Below, piece by piece: positions 8,877-16,798 of a stretch of DNA of 52,764 nt. Origin of the DNA: a virus (taxonomy: Duplodnaviria; Caudoviricetes); the IMG/VR virus record IMGVR_UViG_3300025133_007827, positions 1 to 52,764 of that record. The stretch is one strand, 5' to 3'. Below the pieces are notes generated by a model. It made no database searches, was not told the DNA's origin, and saw only the letters and a program-made list of their open reading frames with translations. Within the stretch, counting starts at the first letter, position 1; each line of letters begins with the position of its first letter. The translations under genes and the position numbers were made by a program.

Positions 8877-8878
8877 AT

Positions 8879-9325
8879 TTATCTGTCTCCTAAATGCTCT
8901 GGTTCCCAAATCTCACCCGATACCTGTGGATAGGCATCCCATGGATCGTAATCATCCCAAGTGGATTTCCACTCAGACTCTGTCTTTGCAAGGTCCCAAC
9001 CTTCCTGGAACTCTCTCTCATCGTCTGGTGAAAAACTTTGTGCGTTCCGCGTTTCCCCAAAATCTTTTTCAGTGACATCTTGTACTTTGATGTCAGGTCC
9101 ACCATCAACGACTAGAAAGACATCCACGAGTTCGAACCTGTCACGATAGATTGGATCCGAGTACAAACTGAGTTCATGAAATAAGTCATTTTCCCAATAC
9201 ATTGTCTCCGTGTAAGTGTACGACTTGCCATGTTCTTTATACTGTATGCGATACGTCTGTGGTTGATCAAGACGATCGTCATCCTTATCAGTTTGATCAA
9301 AATGCTTATCAGTGTTGTATTCCAT
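8879..9325 (-). CDS. acidic hypothetical protein
   Basis: 148-aa D/E-rich ORF with SD AAGGAG. Confidence 0.7.
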   Translation of the reverse strand: MEYNTDKHFDQTDKDDDRLDQPQTYRIQYKEHGKSYTYTETMYWENDLFHELSLYSDPIYRDRFELVDVFLVVDGGPDIKVQDVTEKDFGETRNAQSFSPDDEREFQEGWDLAKTESEWKSTWDDYDPWDAYPQVSGEIWEPEHLGDR

Positions 9326-9338
9326 TGTGCTACTCCTT

Positions 9339-9481
9339 TTAAGGTTTTTGTCCGTGAGAACCCTAACTCATCGCCTGTGATGTCTCGTCACACCACTCAG
9401 GACTTTTGGTGATGTGGTTAGTACATTCTACCCTAGCTCGTTTTTACCAGCCTAACTTGGTGAGCTTCAAATGGGCTTTCT
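9339..9481 (-). ncRNA. candidate structured 5' leader / cis-regulatory RNA
   Basis: ~150-nt gap between promoter and gene; alternative hairpins and a possible H-type pseudoknot abutting the SD (see findings). Confidence 0.35.
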
Positions 9482-9516
9482 CTAATTCATCGGTATTGTC
9501 TCCTTTTGATAGTATT

Positions 9517-9576
9517 CTCCTTTTTTAACATGCTCTAATATACACCAAATATCAACGCAAGGCAACAGTTTATTTT
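9517..9576 (-). promoter_or_regulatory. sigma70-like early promoter, copy 1
   Basis: AAAATAAA UP tract, TTGCCT(9565-9560)-17 nt-TATATT(9542-9537), then AGAGCATGTTAAAAAAGGAG. Confidence 0.8.
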
Positions 9577-9602
9577 AAATGAGCTTGTAACTCTGATTTC
9601 AT

Positions 9603-9917
9603 TTAATCTGCGTACCATCGTGTATGTCCGTCATATGGCAATTTCATTAAAAAGTAGTACTTATCGTCGATGGAAAATGCTTCATTGACCGCAAATGGGT
9701 TTGTTTCTTCAAAGATGACACGCTCCTTCAGTATCTCCATGGTTTCATCAGACTGCACTGGTACTAAGGATTCTACTTGAATTGGACGTAAGATTTCAAT
9801 CTCAAACGGACACTCTAAATCATATGTTGGTATGAGCCTGTAAGGCACCATCTCCACTGATTGCTGTCCCGACAGTATAGTGAAAAACAACAGTATCAGT
9901 ATTCTGTTAATCATCAT
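9603..9917 (-). CDS. exported hypothetical protein
   Basis: Signal peptide NRILILLFFTILSG-Q. Confidence 0.6.
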   Translation of the reverse strand: MMINRILILLFFTILSGQQSVEMVPYRLIPTYDLECPFEIEILRPIQVESLVPVQSDETMEILKERVIFEETNPFAVNEAFSIDDKYYFLMKLPYDGHTRWYAD

Positions 9918-10129
9918 GATGACATCCTTTTCTTAAATGAATTACTCAGTTCTGTAACATGGTTGCACTTCTTACGGAACATGTGTCCCTTACAGTTACA
10001 TGAGTATTTTCTCTGATAGGGGTCCCAGGTGACCGTATAGTGATCACCTTTGGAACCTGTAACCCTCCACTGGTTCTCCACGAGGATTTCCCCGTCAAAT
10101 TTTTCTATCAGGTAATCAACCAGATTCAT
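9914..10129 (-). CDS. SWIM-type zinc-finger protein
   Basis: GSKGDHYTV...YSCNCKG..FRKKCNH (CxC..CxH); start moved to MNLVDY (ATGA overlap). Confidence 0.8.
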   Translation of the reverse strand: MNLVDYLIEKFDGEILVENQWRVTGSKGDHYTVTWDPYQRKYSCNCKGHMFRKKCNHVTELSNSFKKRMSS

Positions 10130-10410
10130 GCAGGAAGCCATTCAGTCCGGACCGGTTTGACTACATGATTACCAAACTGATCCCTCGAATGCATCATGTA
10201 AGTGTAATATTCCGGTGCGTCCGGATCAGCCTCGCTGACCAACTCAATAGTGTCTTCGTATATTTCAACAAGTTCACCTACTGATTCCACACCAACAGCT
10301 GTGTATTCATTACCAGCTTCATCATAACCGAGAACTTCAACTTCTCTGTCATGACCGTGATTGTCACAGACATCTACGACTTCACTAAAAGTAATTCCAT
10401 TAATTTTCAT
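10126..10410 (-). CDS. acidic hypothetical protein
   Basis: 94-aa ORF with AAGGAG SD. Confidence 0.7.
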   Translation of the reverse strand: MKINGITFSEVVDVCDNHGHDREVEVLGYDEAGNEYTAVGVESVGELVEIYEDTIELVSEADPDAPEYYTYMMHSRDQFGNHVVKPVRTEWLPA

Positions 10411-10561
10411 TTTTGACTCCTTTTTTAATTTTTATTGTTCCTATCACGCGTTCTCTGATCTTACCTCTACCAGCATCGATACATAACACGCGTTTACCGT
10501 TACGCCATTGAATCCAAACATCTCCCCGCATTATCGGACTCCTACGATTGTAGGCTGCATA

Positions 10562-10966
10562 TTATTTTGTCTCCTGAAGCTTCTTTAAACTGTCCATGTA
10601 CAGTGGTCCTGTCCATCTATTCCACTCATCATATGTTTCTTGATTTGCAAAGATTGAACCCCGCACATGCTTAGCTGGTTGTAGACGAGTAGCTGATTTG
10701 AATACGTCACCTATCCTGTAAGGTATGCCCTTGTGTACACCATCAACTTTTGCTACAAAGGCCATCACACTGTTCTGAAAAGAAATCTTATCAAACTTCC
10801 GTCCGGGACGTACAATTGCATGAGCCCCTACCAGATCTTTTTTGTGCAGCGATTTCCGAAACTCATCCGTTAAGTCTCTATCTTTCCATTTCCACTCCAT
10901 GAAATTTGTGTGATAGTGTCCAACGTACTTCTTTAAATGCTCAGAATACATCTCTCGATTGTTCAT
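10562..10966 (-). CDS. conserved phage hypothetical protein
   Basis: GRKFDKI...GDVFKSAT..QPAKHVRGSIF pattern recalled from large-phage early genes; SD AAGGAG; alternative in-frame start at 10987. Confidence 0.7.
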   Translation of the reverse strand: MNNREMYSEHLKKYVGHYHTNFMEWKWKDRDLTDEFRKSLHKKDLVGAHAIVRPGRKFDKISFQNSVMAFVAKVDGVHKGIPYRIGDVFKSATRLQPAKHVRGSIFANQETYDEWNRWTGPLYMDSLKKLQETK

Positions 10967-10972
10967 GCTTAA

Positions 10973-11032
10973 CTCCTTTTTTAACATGCTCTAATATACG
11001 GTAAAAAACAACGCGAGGCAACGGTTTATTTT
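10973..11032 (-). promoter_or_regulatory. sigma70-like early promoter, copy 2
   Basis: TTGCCT(11021-11016)-17 nt-TATATT(10998-10993); 27 nt (10973-10999) identical to 9517-9543. Confidence 0.8.
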
Positions 11033-11051
11033 GGATAAATATGTTTTTTAA

Positions 11052-11363
11052 TCACGCATCGCCCCCAACTTCATTTGTTTGAAGTTTAACTAATTCTACC
11101 GCATCTTTTATAGGATCATCATCTTCTATCAATTTATCTATATCATCATTGATGAAACCCTTGGTCAGACCAGTAACAAACGTTTTTGCTACTTCCAGCC
11201 TTCGCTTGAATTCGATTTTTCTTTTCTTTTGATCCTGTTCTGATAACTCTTCAAATGGAGTTTTCATTAATTTCATATAATCTTTATGTTTCATATTCCC
11301 CATCCCATTATTACAAAATGAAAAAACAAATACCCAGCTAAAATCCATATGACCATTTTCCAA
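11052..11363 (-). CDS. hypothetical protein
   Basis: ORF track; true start probably MKHKDY (~11294). Confidence 0.55.
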   Translation of the reverse strand: MENGHMDFSWVFVFSFCNNGMGNMKHKDYMKLMKTPFEELSEQDQKKRKIEFKRRLEVAKTFVTGLTKGFINDDIDKLIEDDDPIKDAVELVKLQTNEVGGDA

Positions 11364-11447
11364 TATTCACTTCGCACGTCAGAGTGAGTTACTCTTTTTT
11401 TGGTGTATAAATCTTCTTTAGTTAGTCTTTTGTCACCATACCAGTTT

Positions 11448-11594
11448 CTAGCCATACAATACCCACATCACTAATTTATAGACACCATACCAACTAAAAA
11501 AAGTAAATGCAGGTATAAACACTAACCACACAAATACTCTAAACCAATCAATTCTTCTTTTCAATCTGTCTGTTCTTTCTACTGTTAGCTTCAC
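11448..11594 (-). CDS. small membrane protein (48 aa, not in ORF track)
   Basis: GTGA overlap with the upstream stop; MKLTVERTDRLKRRIDWFRVFVWLVFIPAFTFFSWYGVYKLVMWVLYG. Confidence 0.5.
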   Translation of the reverse strand: MKLTVERTDRLKRRIDWFRVFVWLVFIPAFTFFSWYGVYKLVMWVLYG

Positions 11595-11824
11595 TCGTGC
11601 GTCTTTTCCATGTCATATATCCAATCAATAATATAATAAAACGGATTTACGTTTTTTTTGACCTTCTCAGTTTTTTCTTTTCTTTGTCGATCGACACCAA
11701 ATATTTTATCCCATCTATCTGACCACTCTTTTACGGATATACCTATTCTTGGGACATCTCCCTTTCCAGCATCTGATTTTTTCCGGAAAAGTGGTTTGGA
11801 AGATCCCTTCTTTGTTTTCTTCAT
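11591..11824 (-). CDS. basic hypothetical protein
   Basis: 77-aa ORF with AGKGD.PR...WDKIF motif recalled from small phage proteins. Confidence 0.65.
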   Translation of the reverse strand: MKKTKKGSSKPLFRKKSDAGKGDVPRIGISVKEWSDRWDKIFGVDRQRKEKTEKVKKNVNPFYYIIDWIYDMEKTHE

Positions 11825-12264
11825 TTACTGACCTCTTTAATCCGACGATTGAACTTCTTATACATCCTATTCAGAGCTACCATTTGACCATCAGTGATAC
11901 TAAATCTCCACGTAGCCTGTTGCTCGATGCTGTTTATAAATAGTTTTGTCCGTTCCACATAATCCGCAGAATAATTAGCCCCCTCGAGTCTATTTCTCAG
12001 CCGGTTTAGCTTTCTGAAGATTCTTTCTCGGTCGGTGCGTTTTTGTACCGACTTGTTTGGATCCTTCCAATCATGATAGGTTTTGATGATTTTATTAATT
12101 GCCGTGAACATCTTTGGTGTGATATATCTTCCTGTATCCACGGCCGTCTTCATATCAGCGATGAACCCACGATAGCTGCTGCTATCATGTGGCAAGTATG
12201 TTTTGTCTTTGAGTATTTCACCTAACGTATCTCGTTGAACTCTTTTAGTCGTGGGGTATTGCAT
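11821..12264 (-). CDS. hypothetical protein (likely leaderless)
   Basis: Start moved to MQYPTT, 5 nt after the -10 box; no SD. Confidence 0.7.
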   Translation of the reverse strand: MQYPTTKRVQRDTLGEILKDKTYLPHDSSSYRGFIADMKTAVDTGRYITPKMFTAINKIIKTYHDWKDPNKSVQKRTDRERIFRKLNRLRNRLEGANYSADYVERTKLFINSIEQQATWRFSITDGQMVALNRMYKKFNRRIKEVSK

Positions 12265-12269
12265 ACAAG

Positions 12270-12310
12270 AGAATACGCTAAAATTTGACACAAGTCAACA
12301 GCTTTTTTTG
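12270..12310 (-). promoter_or_regulatory. sigma70-like promoter
   Basis: A-tract, TTGACT(12298-12293)-17 nt-TATTCT(12275-12270). Confidence 0.8.
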
Positions 12311-12323
12311 TGTTTTTGACCCA

Positions 12324-12344
12324 TCCGTTGAATTGCTCAACGGA
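12324..12344. repeat. intergenic hairpin
   Basis: tccgttga-attgc-tcaacgga perfect 8-bp stem just after a stop codon; no U-tail on the coding strand. Confidence 0.55.
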
Positions 12345-12353
12345 GGCGTCAGA

Positions 12354-12536
12354 CTAGATCGGTTCGCTCACCGTCCATGGATCAACGTTATGTCCATCAT
12401 CTAGATCATCAACATCTTGGATCAACCGATAAACTAAATCCTGTATGTCAAACAATTCAGCGGAATCCGGAAGTTTCATGTCATCCAGTTGATCTTGAAT
12501 TTCTCTGAGTCGGTTTAATAATTCTGCAACGGTCAT
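12354..12536 (-). CDS. hypothetical protein
   Basis: 60-aa ORF with AAGGAG SD. Confidence 0.65.
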   Translation of the reverse strand: MTVAELLNRLREIQDQLDDMKLPDSAELFDIQDLVYRLIQDVDDLDDGHNVDPWTVSEPI

Positions 12537-12547
12537 TTTCTAACTCC

Positions 12548-12760
12548 TTAATCTGCTTCTACTTCTATACTAATGGTGTTATCGCTTCCTGGTCTTTCAT
12601 TTTCTAAATCCCAATCTAATTCCCACACCCAATCAGGGACATTTGCGATGTCTCCGTCTCTTTTTTGCCATTTAAGATATTCTTCTTTTTGGTCTTCTGT
12701 GATTTCAGCTTGAAACCAACATTCATTTTCTTGTATTTCAAATTTTTCCAATATTGGCAT
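12548..12760 (-). CDS. acidic hypothetical protein
   Basis: 70-aa ORF in operon. Confidence 0.65.
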   Translation of the reverse strand: MPILEKFEIQENECWFQAEITEDQKEEYLKWQKRDGDIANVPDWVWELDWDLENERPGSDNTISIEVEAD

Positions 12761-12763
12761 TAT

Positions 12764-12991
12764 CTATCCTTCATATTTCTTCTTTACTATCACAGCGTCA
12801 GTAATTCTATCTTTGACTTCCTGGTGCTGCAGAACAGGAGATAGCCCATGGACGAAATGATAACTCCCACTCATTTCCGATGGTTCTTCTGTGTAATCTG
12901 TTACCACTTCAGTAGCCAACTCAGAAATCTCATCCATCAGCTGTTGTAGTTCAGCTTCCTGACTAGGAGTCTTTTTTAGTTCTTTGCCCAT
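12764..12991 (-). CDS. hypothetical protein
   Basis: 75-aa ORF in operon. Confidence 0.65.
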   Translation of the reverse strand: MGKELKKTPSQEAELQQLMDEISELATEVVTDYTEEPSEMSGSYHFVHGLSPVLQHQEVKDRITDAVIVKKKYEG

Positions 12992-13172
12992 ATGCTTCTA
13001 TATCCAGTTCATCAATATACCAGATTCTACCTACCGGGTCAGTCACCCGTAGATCATGATCTGGGAATCCTATCTCTTCAATCTTTACGATGGTACCTTC
13101 TTCCAACAATCCATCAACGGTGTATATGTTACGTTTAACCTGTACCTTATCGCCTGTGCTGACTTTTATCAT
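12963..13172 (-). CDS. small SH3-like beta protein
   Basis: GDKVQV...GTIVKI...LRVTD..GRIWYI pattern. Confidence 0.6.
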   Translation of the reverse strand: MIKVSTGDKVQVKRNIYTVDGLLEEGTIVKIEEIGFPDHDLRVTDPVGRIWYIDELDIEAYGQRTKKDS

Positions 13173-13321
13173 CTTCTTCCAAACCCGGGTGTCTGTGGAC
13201 CGTTTGATTTCTCCTTAGCCAACCACTTTTTGTGTTGAACTGCAGTTCTGCCTTCAGTAGCCCACTTTTTATTTAATGCTGCTTTTTTACGTTTTCTGTC
13301 TTTAGCTTTTTTGTTTGGCAT
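13169..13321 (-). CDS. small basic hypothetical protein
   Basis: Start moved to MPNKKAK, directly after the upstream stop. Confidence 0.6.
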   Translation of the reverse strand: MPNKKAKDRKRKKAALNKKWATEGRTAVQHKKWLAKEKSNGPQTPGFGRR

Positions 13322-13322
13322 A

Positions 13323-13829
13323 TTACTTACAAAAATTCCTGGCTGACTCAAATGTACCGTTATTGCTATAATAGCAACTCGGACAGAGCAGTCTTAAATT
13401 ATCTCTCTGGTAATTTGATGTGTCTCCATCGACAAAATCAAGTTTCAAACATATTGTATCAGTAACGATATTTTTCTCATTAAAGGCACAAATTCCACAC
13501 TCTTCTATGAGATATCCCTCATCACATAATCTTCGTTTAATTCTGGCTAGTGTGTATGGGCTGGATCGCGATCCCGACAAGATATCAGCGATATCAATTC
13601 TGTAGCTTCCGTACCCTTTTTTGATCCCCACACCAGATTGGTTCAGTCCCTTTTCAAAAACTCCATACCTTTTAGCATACTTCTTATACGTAGTGTAATC
13701 GACCCCAATCCACCGCGCTGCTGCTGCATTGGACTTAGTGTTCTGGATAGCACTTTCAATCATATTTTTCGTCAGTATGATCCGTTTCCCGGGAATCCTG
13801 AGCGGTCTATGCGAGATTGGTCTATCCAT
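13323..13829 (-). CDS. HTH plus degenerate HNH-like Zn-binding protein
   Basis: N-terminal SNAAAARWIGVDYTTYKKYA (HTH); CGIC...LDFVDGDTSNYQRDNLRLLCPSC (HNH scaffold lacking the His residues). Confidence 0.7.
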   Translation of the reverse strand: MDRPISHRPLRIPGKRIILTKNMIESAIQNTKSNAAAARWIGVDYTTYKKYAKRYGVFEKGLNQSGVGIKKGYGSYRIDIADILSGSRSSPYTLARIKRRLCDEGYLIEECGICAFNEKNIVTDTICLKLDFVDGDTSNYQRDNLRLLCPSCYYSNNGTFESARNFCK

Positions 13830-13831
13830 TC

Positions 13832-14071
13832 CTATGTTTTTTGATATACCGTTAAACGATATCCAAATTTGTGATATTCACGCGTTCGCAGGTCTTGACC
13901 CTCCTGATCATTTATTTTTCTGTGAGCGTGATTACTATCATGTCTAGTCTGCTCAAGCCAGAAAAGGTCCCCTTCTTCGATTTCATCAAATCGTAGTGTA
14001 TCAAACTCAGTCATTCCGGCTCGTGGAGTATCTGTCCAGATACCGTCATGAGCTGGATTATTTTCAGCCAT
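13832..14071 (-). CDS. hypothetical protein
   Basis: 79-aa ORF in operon. Confidence 0.65.
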   Translation of the reverse strand: MAENNPAHDGIWTDTPRAGMTEFDTLRFDEIEEGDLFWLEQTRHDSNHAHRKINDQEGQDLRTREYHKFGYRLTVYQKT

Positions 14072-14248
14072 CTATACCTTCTCCCAAGAAGTCTTCGCAT
14101 CTTGGATTATATCAGCAATGTAGCTCATGAGCTCAGTAACCTCTTGATTTCCGCCCAAATTGTTACGTTCTAGAATATCAAATAGCGCGTCCAATGCATT
14201 CTTTGCGTGTTCTAGCTTTTCTATACCCTGTTGGTCAATCTTTGGCAT
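14072..14248 (-). CDS. small hypothetical protein (58 aa, not in ORF track)
   Basis: Hand translation MPKIDQQGIEKLEHAKNALDALFDILERNNLGGNQEVTELMSYIADIIQDAKTSWEKV; exactly fills the gap. Confidence 0.6.
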   Translation of the reverse strand: MPKIDQQGIEKLEHAKNALDALFDILERNNLGGNQEVTELMSYIADIIQDAKTSWEKV

Positions 14249-14453
14249 TTTGTTTCTCCTGTAATAATATTTTTTTGGTTTCTTCTTGTTCCTGGGAATC
14301 GTCTATGGGATTGTTCTTATTTAAGATCTCATCCATAGCAGCCTTCAACCGGTTAAGTTCTGACCAGGCCAACATTTGAACAAATTCATCTTGTTCAGAA
14401 TCTATAACCACAGTCATCAATTTTTGTATATATGGACCATACTTGTCTGTCAT
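14235..14453 (-). CDS. hypothetical protein
   Basis: 72-aa ORF with GAGG SD. Confidence 0.65.
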   Translation of the reverse strand: MTDKYGPYIQKLMTVVIDSEQDEFVQMLAWSELNRLKAAMDEILNKNNPIDDSQEQEETKKILLQEKQNAKD

Positions 14454-14466
14454 GATTGATTTCCTC

Positions 14467-14488
14467 TATTTATATATATATAGATATA
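14467..14488 (-). promoter_or_regulatory. T4-type late-promoter-like TATAAATA within a (TA)n run
   Basis: Minus strand reads TATATCTATATATATATAAATAGAGG just before the SD and ATG. Confidence 0.45.
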
Positions 14489-14503
14489 ACCCAAACCACA
14501 ATA

Positions 14504-15739
14504 TTATATCTGTTTTTTGTCGACTCGGATTAAATCTTGTTCACGCGTCTGTAAGGACTTGATGTGAAATTTGAAAATATCATATTCCATCTCACCTATC
14601 TCTCCACTATCCTGTATCAATTTTGATAAATTAACTAATATCTGAAAATTGTCCGGTGTGAGTTGTTGTGCATCAAACTCCACTACAATGTCATGATACT
14701 TTGTTGTGTCTGTAACCCCGTACATCTTTATCCTTTCACTCAAATTAAATTGAGTGTTCGGTTGTTCTTCTTTGATATAATCAATCCTGTAGTCAGAACC
14801 AGAATCTAAATATATCTTATCACACCATGGTTCTAATTCTCTCAATAAATTGATATCGGTACGATATACCTTAAATCCTATATCATATTTTGGAGGTATG
14901 ATTGGGTTCATGAACAGATCATGTTGTACCATGTGACCCCACTTGCGGATGAAATTACGAGTGCTTCTGAGATTCTGGGCTAGCCATTCATCCGACTCTC
15001 TACCTTTCATGAAGACCTGGCCCGCTGGATTCCTCAGTGCTCCATCTTTGAATCTACTACCACGGCAGGTCATGTGATAGACAAATCCTTCCCAAGTCTG
15101 TATCAGGTCATAACCAGCCAATACAAATCTATTGAATATATCAGAGTCTTCTTTGGACTGCGGAGCATATAGTGGATCGTGTCCACCTATTGCGAGAAAG
15201 TCATCCTTGTACATCGCCCAAGGTGCAAATATACCTTCTGTTGTCGGGACGTTATCAAACTGTCCCACCCTTTCATCAACATACTGCAGTAATTCTTGTT
15301 CTTTAAATTCTTCGGGTTCTATCCCGTAATCCATCAATATCTTCTCAGGTCCATCCGGATGCAGTGGTGGTTCTATCCGTGTCGCGCTCACTACCTTACC
15401 TGGCTCAAGATGTTTCAATACTGCATCATCCATACCCGGACAGGCATACATGTCAGCATGATATATCATCACGATATCGTTACTGGCCATGTCGACTAGT
15501 GTGTCATACAGGATGGTGTGACCTAATCGGGCCGGCCCTTCATTCCTGTGAATCTTTACATTCGAATCCTTCTCTGCTGTGGCTTTCATCCATTCCCACG
15601 TTCCATCATCCGAGAAGTCATCAGCCCAACAGATTTCATGCCCGTATCCTAGATTCTTCCTGATACTGTTGTAGGACCACTTCAGGTACTTTAGGTTGTT
15701 CCGGCTGGGTTGTATAAAACTTATTGCTCTATCGTTCAC
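14504..15739 (-). CDS. glycosyltransferase family 2
   Basis: ISFIQPSRN, ADDFSDDGT, YHADM, GGHD..Y...EDSD; start moved to the GTG at 15739. Confidence 0.88.
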   Translation of the reverse strand: MNDRAISFIQPSRNNLKYLKWSYNSIRKNLGYGHEICWADDFSDDGTWEWMKATAEKDSNVKIHRNEGPARLGHTILYDTLVDMASNDIVMIYHADMYACPGMDDAVLKHLEPGKVVSATRIEPPLHPDGPEKILMDYGIEPEEFKEQELLQYVDERVGQFDNVPTTEGIFAPWAMYKDDFLAIGGHDPLYAPQSKEDSDIFNRFVLAGYDLIQTWEGFVYHMTCRGSRFKDGALRNPAGQVFMKGRESDEWLAQNLRSTRNFIRKWGHMVQHDLFMNPIIPPKYDIGFKVYRTDINLLRELEPWCDKIYLDSGSDYRIDYIKEEQPNTQFNLSERIKMYGVTDTTKYHDIVVEFDAQQLTPDNFQILVNLSKLIQDSGEIGEMEYDIFKFHIKSLQTREQDLIRVDKKQI

Positions 15740-15894
15740 TTCAACATCCACATAGCGAACACTACAGCACCTACAAAGCTCATCCAGAACATCGCAATAA
15801 ACAGAATTGACAACAATGGTTCCCACCATTGGATCTTACCATCTCTGTTCCAGTCCGTTAATGTTAATAATATCTTTTTTATGTTTTTACCCAT
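15736..15894 (-). CDS. small membrane protein (52 aa, not in ORF track)
   Basis: Hand translation MGKNIKKILLTLTDWNRDGKIQWWEPLLSILFIAMFWMSFVGAVVFAMWMLK; overlaps both neighbours. Confidence 0.6.
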   Translation of the reverse strand: MGKNIKKILLTLTDWNRDGKIQWWEPLLSILFIAMFWMSFVGAVVFAMWMLK

Positions 15895-16798
15895 GTGTAT
15901 TTCTCCATTTTTTTAACCAAGCTTTTTCCGTGTAGTGTTTTTGAAACCGCCGACCGGCTGTTTCGCTACAAAGTTTATAAAATTTTTCATTACTCTTTAA
16001 CTGCTTACCTATTTCGACTGCACGGTCTAAATCACCAACATCCACTGTGGTGAGTGGATGGCATAATTCTTGTGTATCCAATCCCTTGTATCCGATAGAT
16101 GGTATTCCGTGCCAAGCACAATTCATTGCAAACGTGCCGGCCGCATGGGTTCGCATTAAATGTACTCCAATGTTGAATTGACTGAGTGCGGTTATCCATT
16201 CCCTCCAATTCATGTAGGCCATGTAATTGATATCTTGGATAGCGTCCTCCTGTGGTTGTTTTCTACCCATCGATGGAGCAGCAATTGGATCTCCTATTTC
16301 TCTTGCCACCATATAAGAATCAAATCCACCATACCAAGAAACAAAATTACCACCAATGATGGTTGCATCAGTCCACTCATTCCGCGGTACTAATCCATCT
16401 GGTATCATGAGACTCCTCATGACTCTTACATCTTTGCAACCTAAACCCATGTAGTACTTGACATCACTTTCATTGTGACAATAAACCCAATCAGCATCCA
16501 TGAGACAGTTATAATAGTGAAACTGATTACCTATATCATAATCTTGAAAATACCAATGTGGACCTTCTTGCATCACTGCGACTTTATCACAGCATTTTCT
16601 GATGAAGTCTAAACTGACTTTTGGTTCATTCTTTGGTATAATGACAATCCCCAAATCGAAATGTTCTTTCGGATGCACGTCTAGCGCGCACATTGGAGCA
16701 TCTAGCGCCAAACACCAAGCAACTTCTGTACGAGCGTTGGGGAAATTTCTTGGATACTTCTGATTCGTACCCGTCTCTGAAAAGAATGCTATTTTCAT
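15887..16798 (-). CDS. putative GT-B-like glycosyltransferase
   Basis: MKIAFFSE start; C-terminal AGTFAMNCAWHGIPSIG resembles the GT-B donor-binding region; island context. Confidence 0.55.
   Translation of the reverse strand: MKIAFFSETGTNQKYPRNFPNARTEVAWCLALDAPMCALDVHPKEHFDLGIVIIPKNEPKVSLDFIRKCCDKVAVMQEGPHWYFQDYDIGNQFHYYNCLMDADWVYCHNESDVKYYMGLGCKDVRVMRSLMIPDGLVPRNEWTDATIIGGNFVSWYGGFDSYMVAREIGDPIAAPSMGRKQPQEDAIQDINYMAYMNWREWITALSQFNIGVHLMRTHAAGTFAMNCAWHGIPSIGYKGLDTQELCHPLTTVDVGDLDRAVEIGKQLKSNEKFYKLCSETAGRRFQKHYTEKAWLKKWRNTHG

Noticed and set aside
9376-9392. TGTGA-N7-TCACA as a CRP site
   Set aside because: CRP requires a 6-nt spacer; this is better explained as part of the RNA hairpin region.
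9326-9481. tRNA or self-cleaving ribozyme (hammerhead/pistol) in the gap
   Set aside because: No cloverleaf with a TTCRA T-loop and no CUGANGA/GAAA core; the similarity to pistol is limited to a UUAGGG loop.
9482-9490. ATG-AAT-TAG as evidence of TAG recoding
   Set aside because: Readthrough hits TGA four codons later, long conserved genes are uninterrupted under the standard code, and several genes end cleanly at TAG.
12324-12344. Rho-independent terminator
   Set aside because: The stem is good but no poly-U follows it on either strand, so it is kept only as a hairpin.
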